From NCBI GenBank assembly GCA_963768425.1, contig CAVYHV010000017.1, positions 64,001 to 128,000 of the forward strand: DNA of 64,000 nt. The letters run 5' to 3'. Positions 1-9,309 of the stretch are shown here, piece by piece. The notes below the pieces were generated by a model that ran no database searches, had not been told where the DNA came from, and was given only the letters and a program-made list of their open reading frames with translations. The translations under genes were made by a program, and so were the position numbers. Positions within the stretch are counted from its first letter, which is position 1. Every line of letters starts with the position of its first letter. The stretch is from Candidatus Bathyarchaeota archaeon (GTDB taxonomy: Archaea; Thermoproteota; Bathyarchaeia; Bathyarchaeales; Bathycorpusculaceae).

Positions 1-273
1 GTCAGGAGTCTGATCTGCGGGAACATGTCGTTCAATTGCTGCTTCTGCCGTCGCCTCAATAACGCTTGTGGCAAAACCTGTGGTTAGGCTTGCGGCGATT
101 TGCGCCCATTTCTCGTTTTGAGCGGTGATCAAAACTCTTCCAACCCAAAGGGCAAACATCTCTGCAAAGGTGTCCTGAACCTTCACGACATTTCCGTAGG
201 GCGACTTAACAAGGAACATTTTTTCTTTATCATCATAGCTTTGGACTTCAAGCACGTTAGTATTCGATGACAT
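1..273 (-). CDS. ftr: Formylmethanofuran--tetrahydromethanopterin N-formyltransferase, N-terminal part (runs off the window edge)
   Basis: Manual translation from ATG at 273: MSSNTNVLEV...VQDTFAEMFALWVGRVLITAQNEKWAQIAASLTTGFATSVIEATAEAAIERHVPADQTPD, matching Ftr motifs DTFAE, RVLITA, TGF.TSVI and TPD(GRPG). Confidence 0.9.
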   Translation of the reverse strand, partial: MSSNTNVLEVQSYDDKEKMFLVKSPYGNVVKVQDTFAEMFALWVGRVLITAQNEKWAQIAASLTTGFATSVIEATAEAAIERHVPADQTPD

Positions 274-549
274 GGAAGAGACCTTGCATTCAGTTGGGAA
301 TTGTATGATTTAAGAGTTTTCATAAACCAAACAGGGTTTCACCGTTTTTTAAAGCCCAAAAACAAGACCCATTCCGTTTAAAACGGAGGGACTATGAGCC
401 TTTTTCATGTAGCAAGCGGCTTCTCTACTTGTTTTGTTGTCAGCGGAGGTAGCGGATCCAGCTAATCGATTAAACTCTCCAAAAACTTGGAGCAGTCAGC
501 CCTCTGAAAAGCAATTAGCACAGGGGCGTGAAAAGAGTTCAAAGTCAAT

Positions 550-1254
550 TTATGCTTCAACTTTGATTATTTCGGGGATTTTCCCAGCCATCCCAACCTT
601 GCCCTTGAAAATTATCAACACGCCATCAACACCTTCAATCGACATGCCACGGTTGATTCCCGCCTTAATTCCCGAAACTGAATCCAACCCTTTAACCACG
701 TTGCCGACGGCGGTAGCAGCTGCATCCGCCAGGCCTGCGTTCTTGCAAAAAATCGTAGCTGCTTCCGCGTCTCCGTAGCTAAGTGCATGGCTGAAACGTC
801 CTGAACTTGTGGCAACGCCTATAGGAAATTCCGTGAGCCTAAAGCCGAAACGCTTGGAGAGCGGTTCGTTTCCTACGGCAACTGCAACGTCAACAGGCAC
901 GTTGGATGCTGCAGAAATTTCGCCGCCATTTTCTACCACCGTCACCTCGCAGCCCACGCGCTTCATTTCTTCTACGGCTAGGTCCGCGATGACTCCTGCG
1001 ACGGCTGCCATAGGTCCTACCCCTGCCACCTGTGAGGCTTGAGCCATCAACTTTGCCACCAATGGCTTTTCAGGTGCTGGGTACGGCTTAAGAGTGTAGA
1101 GGAACTTGGGGTTTTCTTTTATGTAGACTTCGAGTTCTCGCCTGCTTTGCCCAATCGATTCTTTAGCGGTTTGGATGCCCTGCTGTTTGTCAGAAATAAT
1201 TGTGCACGCCGTTTCTTTAAGAGTGAAGCTTTCCTTGAAAAGGTTTTTTGGCAA
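550..1254 (-). CDS. UPF0280/ApbE-like protein (COG2122)
   Basis: VGPMAAVAG, VENGGEI, ATSSG..HALSYG.A and LADAAATA.GN motifs; clustered with the DUF39 homocysteine genes. Confidence 0.85.
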   Translation of the reverse strand: MPKNLFKESFTLKETACTIISDKQQGIQTAKESIGQSRRELEVYIKENPKFLYTLKPYPAPEKPLVAKLMAQASQVAGVGPMAAVAGVIADLAVEEMKRVGCEVTVVENGGEISAASNVPVDVAVAVGNEPLSKRFGFRLTEFPIGVATSSGRFSHALSYGDAEAATIFCKNAGLADAAATAVGNVVKGLDSVSGIKAGINRGMSIEGVDGVLIIFKGKVGMAGKIPEIIKVEA

Positions 1255-1255
1255 C

Positions 1256-1687
1256 TTATTTTTTCCTGTTGGGGGCTGTTTGTTCCCCGTTGCTTTGCTT
1301 GACGGATTTTATAGCTCTTGCTGGGCACGCGTCTACGCAGACGCTGCAGGTGCTGCCGACACATTTCTCCTTGTTGAATTGGACCTGTGAGTCTTTGTCT
1401 GTGCTTATTGCTTCCACTGGGCAGAGAGCAACGCATGAGCCGCAACTGAAGCATTTTTCAGCGTCGACCTCGATGAGTTTGGGCACGGTGACCGAGACGC
1501 CTCTTTTTCGGAACGCGTTCACGATCTTTTCCTGCGCTTCATCAGGTACTTCAGCTAGGATTTCGCCGCCTTTGGAGTTTATGTGCGCTGACAAAATCGC
1601 CATAGGAACATTGTATTCAATTATTATTTGGGATGCAATCGGTTGTGGCACTTGCTCTTCCGTAAACCGTAATAAGAGTCTTACCAT
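1256..1687 (-). CDS. NIL-domain 2[4Fe-4S] ferredoxin, partner subunit of aspartate-semialdehyde sulfurtransferase
   Basis: N-terminal NIL-like domain, then CFSCGSCVALCP and CVGSTCSVCVDACP; directly downstream of the DUF39-CBS gene. Confidence 0.85.
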   Translation of the reverse strand: MVRLLLRFTEEQVPQPIASQIIIEYNVPMAILSAHINSKGGEILAEVPDEAQEKIVNAFRKRGVSVTVPKLIEVDAEKCFSCGSCVALCPVEAISTDKDSQVQFNKEKCVGSTCSVCVDACPARAIKSVKQSNGEQTAPNRKK

Positions 1688-3195
1688 GGTTTTTGCCTGC
1701 CTAACAGTTTAGATACGTCTTCTGACGTGACGATGCCTAGCACCTTCTTCTCAACGTCTATAACGGGTAATGCGGAGATGTTGTGTTGTGCCATTCGTTT
1801 AGAGGCAACTTCCAGGGGTTCATCAGGTTTGGCGGTATGGACGTTTTGGGTTTCGATGTCGGCCAACGCTTTTTTGTCTTCAGCCATAGCTTTGGTAATG
1901 TCCCATGAAGTGACTATGCCGCGGAGTTTGCCGGCGCCGTCGATTACGACGATATGGTTAACGGATTTAGTTACTATGCGTTCCGCAATCGCCTGAATCT
2001 TCTCGTCCTCCGTGCATGTAACAGCAGGGTGCATGACTGAAACAACGAAGGGAATTTCTTCTGTTTGCCGCATCGGCTTAAACACGCTGTCGGTGGGTAG
2101 GCGCTCAACAGGTGCGGTGAGCAAGAAGGAGCCACCCTCAATCCATGTCTTAAGCGTTTGGCTAACTTTCTTCGCCATTTTTATGCTGGATAGGCTGCTG
2201 ACCCTTATTTTTTTGTCATTCACGGTTATTGAGCCGGATTTGAGCTCTTTGTAGCTTACTTGCTTAAGTTTGGGCCGTTCCCGCCGTGGCACGCTGTAAT
2301 CCACAACATCCGTAAAGATTTCGCTGTCCCGGATCCCCGTTTTCTTTGCTAAGCCTTCGTTCAAGATTGGGATAGGGATTCCTAAGCCAACGTACAATGA
2401 GGTACCATATTTTGTGAAAGCCGCACCCTGCAAAAACTCAGGCGACATTTTCTTGGCGTCTCCTTTGACCATAAGGGTGCCGTTTAGGTTTTTGGGGCTA
2501 TGCTGGGTTCCTTCGCCGATAACGTAGCCTTGAGCGCCACCGAGAAAGATGCGGGTGCCCATACCGATGGTCTCGTAGTCGGGGTCGTTCATGAGGGGGT
2601 TCAGTTCGCCTGCGCCTGAAAACGTGGCGTTGCGCATCCTCGGCAACAGTTTACTCATGTAAGTGTAAATGGTCTCGTCGCTTGTGTTGACTGCGCAGTT
2701 GTAGCGTTGGTAGCAGTTGCGGAAGTTTAAGAGCTGAAACTGATTGAGGTCGTCTTTGGTTACGTTAGTCTTAAGCTGGGTTCTCGGGTAACAGTCCGTT
2801 CCGTAAGCTGTAGCACGGAGCTCAACTTCTTTTCCTCCAACGAGGTCTTGGATAACGTGTCCTCCGCCGTACTCGAACGGCTGCTTGAGCGACATGTTCG
2901 TTGCCCCGATGTACAGGTCCACTGCTGCGCCGGGATGGCAAACCTCCACGTCGTTCATCCATGCATGGTCGATCTTTATGGGCGGGTCCGAGTGCCCAAG
3001 GTTGATGACTGCGCCTGAACTGCACATGGCGCCGAAAGTTCCCGTTGTAACTACATCTACTTCTTTGAACGCAACTTCAACACCGCTGCTTTCCACTAGT
3101 TTTTTCATTTCTTCAGCGGTTAAAACCTGAGCGTCGCCTTTGCGGATTTTCTCGTTAATCTCTTCTACCGTTCGAGTTTTGCCTGGGTTGGACAA
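1681..3195 (-). CDS. Homocysteine biosynthesis protein (L-aspartate semialdehyde sulfurtransferase; DUF39 plus two CBS domains)
   Basis: RTVEEINEKI, VDVVTTGTFGAMCSSGA, YGGGHVI, YGTDCYPR, IGMGTRIFLGGA motifs and a C-terminal CBS pair. Confidence 0.92.
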   Translation of the reverse strand: MSNPGKTRTVEEINEKIRKGDAQVLTAEEMKKLVESSGVEVAFKEVDVVTTGTFGAMCSSGAVINLGHSDPPIKIDHAWMNDVEVCHPGAAVDLYIGATNMSLKQPFEYGGGHVIQDLVGGKEVELRATAYGTDCYPRTQLKTNVTKDDLNQFQLLNFRNCYQRYNCAVNTSDETIYTYMSKLLPRMRNATFSGAGELNPLMNDPDYETIGMGTRIFLGGAQGYVIGEGTQHSPKNLNGTLMVKGDAKKMSPEFLQGAAFTKYGTSLYVGLGIPIPILNEGLAKKTGIRDSEIFTDVVDYSVPRRERPKLKQVSYKELKSGSITVNDKKIRVSSLSSIKMAKKVSQTLKTWIEGGSFLLTAPVERLPTDSVFKPMRQTEEIPFVVSVMHPAVTCTEDEKIQAIAERIVTKSVNHIVVIDGAGKLRGIVTSWDITKAMAEDKKALADIETQNVHTAKPDEPLEVASKRMAQHNISALPVIDVEKKVLGIVTSEDVSKLLGRQKPW

Positions 3196-3351
3196 TTAGC
3201 CTTACCTTTAATGCCAATCGAAGAGGCTACGCAAGAATATATTTTTTGCGCAAAAACCAAGGAAACCACCGATTTGTGGTTGCAAACTGAACCAACATAC
3301 CCTAAAATCCGTTGAAAACATCTTTCAAGCTTAGAGTAAGAGGAATTTTGC

Positions 3352-4212
3352 ATGGCAAGAATAATCACGAATGGAGCAGAAATCTTCTACAAGGACTGGG
3401 GAAATGGAAAGCCAATAGTCTTCAGTCACGGTTGGCCGCTTAACTCAGATGCTTTCGAAGACCAAATGTTCTTCCTTGCTTCCCGCGGTTACAGATGTAT
3501 TGCACATGACAGACGGGGACACGGGCGTTCAAGTCAGCCTTGGGAAGGAAACGACATGGATACCTACGCGGACGACCTTTCCGAAGTCATAGAGAAGCTC
3601 AAGCTTGAAGAGGCAGTTCTAGTGGGTCACTCCACAGGCGGCGGAGAAGTCGCTCGCTACATCGCCCGATACGGAACTAAACGGATATCGAAAGCTGTGC
3701 TCATTGGGGCAGTGCCACCGTTGATGGTGAAAACGATGTCTAACCCTGGCGGCTTGCCGATTGAAGTTTTCGACCAGCTTCGAGCAAACGTGGTTGCTGA
3801 CCGCTCGCAGTTCTTCAAAGACTTAAGCATGCCATTCTACGGATACAACCGACAGGGCGCAAAGATTTCTGAAGGTGTACGGAACGCTTTTTGGAGGATG
3901 GGAATGATAGCTGGGTTTCCTGCTGCATACTTCTGCATTAAAGCGTTCTCGGAAACAGACCAGATGGAAGATTTGAAAAAAATTGATGTCCCAACCTTGC
4001 TGCTGCACGGCGACGACGACCAAATTGTCCCAATTGCTGACTCATCGATGCTTTCAGCTAAAATCATCAGAAACTCAACCCTCAAAGTCTGCCCAGGTGC
4101 TCCACATGGCATGTGCACAACACATAAACAACAAGTCAACCAAGACATTCTTGCATTCATAGAGAACAAGTTGCCGTCTCCTGAAAAAACTCCAACGTTG
4201 CACGCCGTTTAA
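3352..4212 (+). CDS. cpo: Non-heme haloperoxidase/perhydrolase (alpha/beta hydrolase)
   Basis: [34 protein letters not shown] nucleophile elbow, [14 protein letters not shown]. Confidence 0.88.
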   Translation: MARIITNGAEIFYKDWGNGKPIVFSHGWPLNSDAFEDQMFFLASRGYRCIAHDRRGHGRSSQPWEGNDMDTYADDLSEVIEKLKLEEAVLVGHSTGGGEVARYIARYGTKRISKAVLIGAVPPLMVKTMSNPGGLPIEVFDQLRANVVADRSQFFKDLSMPFYGYNRQGAKISEGVRNAFWRMGMIAGFPAAYFCIKAFSETDQMEDLKKIDVPTLLLHGDDDQIVPIADSSMLSAKIIRNSTLKVCPGAPHGMCTTHKQQVNQDILAFIENKLPSPEKTPTLHAV

Positions 4213-4395
4213 AGCCCCGCGTGAAAAGTACGAATGTTGGTGCATATGCAAACTTTTACTGGAGAGTTTACTTATGATTTTTCTTAAAGCTTCTTTTAAC
4301 TGATATGCAATCTCAAAAGCGTTTCTGGGAGACTCTGAAAAGTTAGGTTATCTTGGCAGGGGTTGCTTCATATTCGTGCTAAACTCTGCGCGACT

Positions 4396-4665
4396 TTATG
4401 TGGGTTCAAGCGTTATTTCTACGAGGGTGCCTGTTAGATTGTCTAGTTTTCCAAATGCGGCGAATAGAATTGTTTTTGGAATGTATATGCGTCCGTCTTT
4501 GGCCATTTTTGCGTAGAAAGGCTCATGTCCGCCTCGACTGCTTATGTTTACTTTAAGGATTTGGTCTGGCTCCAGTTTGAATTGCCAGCGGATGATTTTT
4601 GGAACCTGCACTTTGCTGCATTTTTCAATTGGGTTTTTGAAAGTGACTTCTTGATGCAGTGGCAT
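4396..4665 (-). CDS. Small tandem AbrB/MazE/SpoVT-like DNA-binding protein
   Basis: MPLHQEVTF...KVQVPKIIRWQFKLEPDQILKV and AKMAKDGRIYIPK: two swapped-hairpin-like half repeats; ATG at 4665 preferred over GTG at 4698. Confidence 0.65.
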   Translation of the reverse strand: MPLHQEVTFKNPIEKCSKVQVPKIIRWQFKLEPDQILKVNISSRGGHEPFYAKMAKDGRIYIPKTILFAAFGKLDNLTGTLVEITLEPT

Positions 4666-4680
4666 AGTGATTGTGTGCTC

Positions 4681-4842
4681 CTTTTCACTTTTATTCACTT
4701 ATTTTGACTTATTTTAACTTTTATTGACTTCTTTCGACTTTATTTGACTTATTTTGACTTTCCTTGACTTTTTTTGACGCAACCTGCAAACAATCCAAGA
4801 CCCAAACCAAAAAAGCAACCCAAAACACAAAATAAAAAACGC
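4681..4842 (+). repeat. Dispersed repeat, copy 1: ten phased 10-bp units (consensus about WWTTTGACTT) plus a ~60-bp A/C-rich tail
   Basis: cttttcactt ttattcactt attttgactt attttaactt ttattgactt ctttcgactt tatttgactt attttgactt tccttgactt tttttgacgc aacctgcaaacaatccaagacccaaaccaaaaaagcaacccaaaacacaaaataaaaaacgc. Confidence 0.95.
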
Positions 4843-4874
4843 AGGCAAAAAAATCTCGGGAAAACCACGTTACG

Positions 4875-7800
4875 CTACCACATTTTCCAGGGAAGCTCAT
4901 CCATGTACTCGTTTAGGCTGCGTATGGTGTTGCCGTTCTTGCTTTTTTGCTTGAGTACGTCAACGAGGGCGGCGGCTAGTTGCAGGTTAGTGATGACGGG
5001 GACGTTGAATTCTACGGCTTGGCGGCGGATGATGTAGCCGTCGGTTAAGATGTCGCTGTAGTTAGTCTGCTTGTTAGCTATGGGCACGTTGATGACTAAG
5101 TCTATTTTGCGTTCCTGCAAGTAATCCAGCACGTTAGGCGATACATCAGCCTCTTTGACTTTGTAGAGCTTCACCGCGTTCACACCTGAAGCGCACAGCA
5201 CGTCAGCCGTGTGGTCAGTCGCGTAGATCTTGAAACCCATTTCGATGAAAGCTTGAGCGATCGGGATAACCCGTTTTTTACGTTCGATGCTGCCGCCAAC
5301 GCTGATGAAAACTGTGCCGTCTCTGTCGGGAATGTTGAATTCCGCGGACCGCAACGCTTTGGAGAACGCGTCTGCGAAGTTCTCGCCTAGGCATGCGACC
5401 TCTCCTGTGCTGAGCATTTCAACACCTAACACTGGGTCAGCGCCGCTCAGGCGCATGAAGCTAAACTGAGGAACTTTCACGCCGACATGCTTAGTTTTAG
5501 TCATAGGTGAGAGCTTGAGCACATCAATCTTCTTGCCCAGCATCGCTAAAGTCGCAAGCTCAATCAGGTTTATCCCGCGGGTTTTGCTGACAAACGGCAT
5601 CGAACGAGACGCCCGAAGGTTGCATTCAATCACGTTAACTACGTCGTCTTTGACAAGGTACTGGATGTTGAAGGGACCATGGATGTTAAGAGCCTTGACT
5701 ATTCGTTCGGTGCAGTTCGCGATGTTCTCCTGAACCTCAAGCTTAAGCGCCTGCGGAGGAATAGTCATGGTCGCGTCGCCGCTGTGCACACCCGCGTACT
5801 CCACATGCTCCATTATGGCGCCGATAAGCACGTTTTCTCCATCTGAAACCCCGTCAACCTCAACCTCTTTGGCGTGGTCTATGAATTTGCTGATTACAAC
5901 GGGGTGGTCACGCGAAACCTTCGCAGCCAACTTTAAAAAGTTCTCAAGCGATGTCTCATTGTAGGCAACACGCATCGCTGAACCTGACAGCACGTAGCTT
6001 GGACGGACAAGAACAGGGTAACCGATTTTCTCCGCAAACCGCTTCGCCTCACCAATCGAGAGAAGCTTGCTCCAGCTAGGCTGGCAAATCTTGAGCTGGT
6101 CAAGCAACGCACTGAATTTGGAACGGTCTTCAGCTAAATCGACGTTTTCAGCCGAAGTGCCGAGCAGTTTGACGCCTTTTCCGGAGAGCCCCATTGCTAG
6201 GTTGTTTGGGATTTGTCCTCCGACACTGGTGATAACGCCCATCGGGTTCTCTTTCTCGTAAATGTCCAGTATACGTTCTTCGGTGAGTTCTTCGAAGTAG
6301 AGTTTGTCGGAGACGTCGTAGTCAGTGGATACGGTTTCAGGGTTGTAGTTAACCATTATTGCTTCTTGGATACCGTTCTTTTTCAACGCCCAAATCGTGT
6401 TGACGCCGCACCAGTCAAACTCCACGCTTGACCCTATCCGAAAGACACCTGCGCCTAAAACGATGACTTTGCTTATGCCACTTTTGAGTTCGATGTCGTC
6501 TTCGTCTCCGCCATAGGTAAGGTAAAGGTAATTGGTTTTCGCTGGCCACTCAGCCGCCAAGGTATCGATCTGCTTGATAACGGGAATAATGTTTGCGCCC
6601 TTCCGGTACGCTCGGATTGTTGGTTCATCGGTTTTCTGGCATTGGGCTATTTGCTCATCGGAGAACCCTAAGCCGTTTAGCTTCACGAACCACCTCAGCG
6701 GCGGATGCATCAGCCAAATTTATCTTCCGCAACTCATCCTCCATGCTGATGATGTTTTGGATTTTGTGGAGGAAGAAGGGGTCAACTCCGCTTATTCGGT
6801 AAATCTCAGGGATCGAAATGCCCATTTTCAAAGCTTTGACGAGCTTGTAGAGTCTCTCGTCTGTAGGGTTCGCAACGGCGTCACGGATCCTTGCTTCGCT
6901 TTCAGGCTCATCATCTTCAGGGTTGCACACTAAGCCTATCTTGCCCGTGTCAAGCATGCGTACGGCTTTCTGAAGTGCCTCTTCAAAGCAGCGGCCGATT
7001 GCCATCACTTCGCCTACGGAACGCATCTGCGGACCCACGTGGCGGTCAGCGTTCTTGAATTTCTGCAGATCCCAACGCGGAATCTTCACGGTGATGTAAT
7101 CTAAGGCGGGTTCGAAGCAGGCTGTGGTGACTTCTGTCACTTTGTTGATTAATTCAGGGAGAAGGTAGCCTAAAGTAAGTTTCGTAGCTATGTACGCAAG
7201 CGGGTAACCCGTTACTTTGCTTGCTAGCGCGCTGCTTCGGGACATGCGGGAGTTAACTTCGATTACGCGGAACTCTTCAGATTTTGGGTGAAGAGCCCAC
7301 TGAATGTTACATTCGCCAACGATGCCTAAGGCTCGTATCGCGTTTATGGATGTTGAGCGGATAAGATGGTACTCTCGGTTGCTCATGGTCTGCGAAGGCG
7401 CGACAACGATGGAGTCGCCTGTGTGAACGCCCATCGGGTCAAAGTTCTCCATGTTGCACACCGTTAAGCAGTTATCTGCATAGTCGCGCATAACCTCGTA
7501 TTCAACTTCCTTCCAGTGCCCAACGTACTCTTCAATAAGTATCTGGCCGATTCGACTCTGAGCCAAACCGCGAGTGGCTGTTTCTTTAAGTTCCTCAGCG
7601 TTGCGGCACACACCAGCTCCTTTGCCCCCAAGAGTGTAAGCAACACGGACGATGACTGGGTAACCGATCTCAGCCGCTACATCCAACGCATGCTGAACGC
7701 TTGTGGCTGATTTGCTGTTCAATGGCGGAACATTGGCTTTAAGCATCGCCTGACGGAACCGTTCCCTGTCACCCGTATCTTCAATCGAGTGGATAGGTGT

Positions 7801-8151
7801 ACCCAAAACTTTGACGTTGTATTTTTGCAGGATACCTTTTTTGTCCAGTTCTAAGCCGCAGTTCAAGGCGGTTTGCCCTCCGAAACCTAGCAGTATGCCG
7901 TTGGGACGTTCTTTCTCAATGACGCGCTCTACGTATTCGGGTGTGACAGGTAAAAGATACACTTTTCCCGAAAGGCGCGGGTCAGTCTGAATCGTCGCTA
8001 TGTTGGGGTTAACCAAGACGGTTTCAATGCCTTCTTCCCGCAGAGCTTTGAGGCATTGGCTTCCTGAGTAGTCGAATTCGGCTGCTTCACCGATTTTTAT
8101 AGCTCCACTGCCCAAAACCAGCACTTTCTTTATCCAGTCAAACTTCGGCAT
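4875..8151 (-). CDS. carB: Carbamoyl-phosphate synthase large subunit, split by one frameshift near 6670
   Basis: GSGAIKIGEAAEFDYSGSQ, NFDPMGVHTGDS, IDTLAAEWPAKTNYLYLTY, RPSYVLSG and C-terminal MGS domain; the two ORFs join as AKRL/GFSDEQIA. Confidence 0.95.
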
Positions 8152-9308
8152 CAAGGAGCCTCCAGCGTTTTCGCGAATTTGTCAAACAACATCTCCGTGT
8201 CGTAGGGTCCCGGCGAAGCTTCAGGATGCCACTGAACAGCGAAGACCGGCTTATTCTTGTGTTTGACTCCCTCAGCTGTTTTGTCGTTCGGATTGAGGAA
8301 CCATGCTTCAAGCGGAGTCTTCTTTAGGGATTCAATGTCAACTGCGTAACCATGATTTTGTGTTGTAATGTAGCACCGCTGACTGCTTAAGTCGAGCGCA
8401 GGCTGGTTCTGAGCACGGTGACCAAACTTCAACTTGTACGTATCCCCGCCCATAGCCAACGCCAAGATCTGAGCGCCAAGACAGATACCCATGAACGGAA
8501 CCTGATCGACCACTTCACGGACGCAGTCAATGGTCTTCACACATTTCTTAGGGTCGCCTGGACCGTTGCTGAGGAAAACGCCGTCAGGGTTGTAAGCTAA
8601 GACTTCGCTGGCTGAAGAGTCATAAGGCATGCGAACAACGTTTATGCCCCGTTTAAGCAGGTTACGGATAATGCTGAATTTTACTCCGCAGTCGATTAAC
8701 ACCACGGTTTTTCTGCCATCTACACCGTATTTGACAGGTTCCTTCACCGAGACTTCTTTAACCAAATCTGTTAGGTTAGGGTCAGCAATGTTCTTTCCGT
8801 CGTTTAGAAGCGCCTCCAAATCAGGCTTCACACCCTCATCGAAAACTTGCATGAGTCCCAACATGACACCGTACGTTCGAAGTTTCTTTGTTAGGCGCCG
8901 TGTGTCTACCCCGTATATTCCCGGGATGCCTTCGTCAAGTAGCCATTTGTCCAAGGTTCTTGTGGACGCCCAATGAAAAGGATCTAGGCATAACTCGTGG
9001 ATGACTAATCCTTGAACTTGAATATGGTCCGATTCAAAGTAGAGAGGTAAACCAAGGTTCTGCTCGTTTGATGGGACGCCGTAGTTACCTATGAGCGGGT
9101 AAGTCAAGGTTAAAACTTGACCTTTATATGATGGATCAGTTAACGCTTCGGGGTAGCCGACCATCTGAGTTGAAAAGACTACTTCACCCGAGATTTTTCC
9201 TGTTGCCCCGAAACCTTTACCGAGAAATGACGTTCCGTCTTCGAGAAGCAGAATCGCTTTTTTGCCTTTTTCGAACGTGCTATGTTGTGGGACCAAAGCC
9301 CTATTCAA
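8151..9308 (-). CDS. carA: Carbamoyl-phosphate synthase small subunit
   Basis: GYPEALTDPSY.GQ, LSNGPGDP, GICLG, TTQNHGYAV, QWHPEASPGP. Confidence 0.96.
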   Translation of the reverse strand: MNRALVPQHSTFEKGKKAILLLEDGTSFLGKGFGATGKISGEVVFSTQMVGYPEALTDPSYKGQVLTLTYPLIGNYGVPSNEQNLGLPLYFESDHIQVQGLVIHELCLDPFHWASTRTLDKWLLDEGIPGIYGVDTRRLTKKLRTYGVMLGLMQVFDEGVKPDLEALLNDGKNIADPNLTDLVKEVSVKEPVKYGVDGRKTVVLIDCGVKFSIIRNLLKRGINVVRMPYDSSASEVLAYNPDGVFLSNGPGDPKKCVKTIDCVREVVDQVPFMGICLGAQILALAMGGDTYKLKFGHRAQNQPALDLSSQRCYITTQNHGYAVDIESLKKTPLEAWFLNPNDKTAEGVKHKNKPVFAVQWHPEASPGPYDTEMLFDKFAKTLEAP

Positions 9309-9309
9309 C

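Noticed and set aside
4681-4780. Decamer array as a CRISPR array
   Set aside because: The units are 10 bp and contiguous, with no unique spacers and no cas genes in the window.
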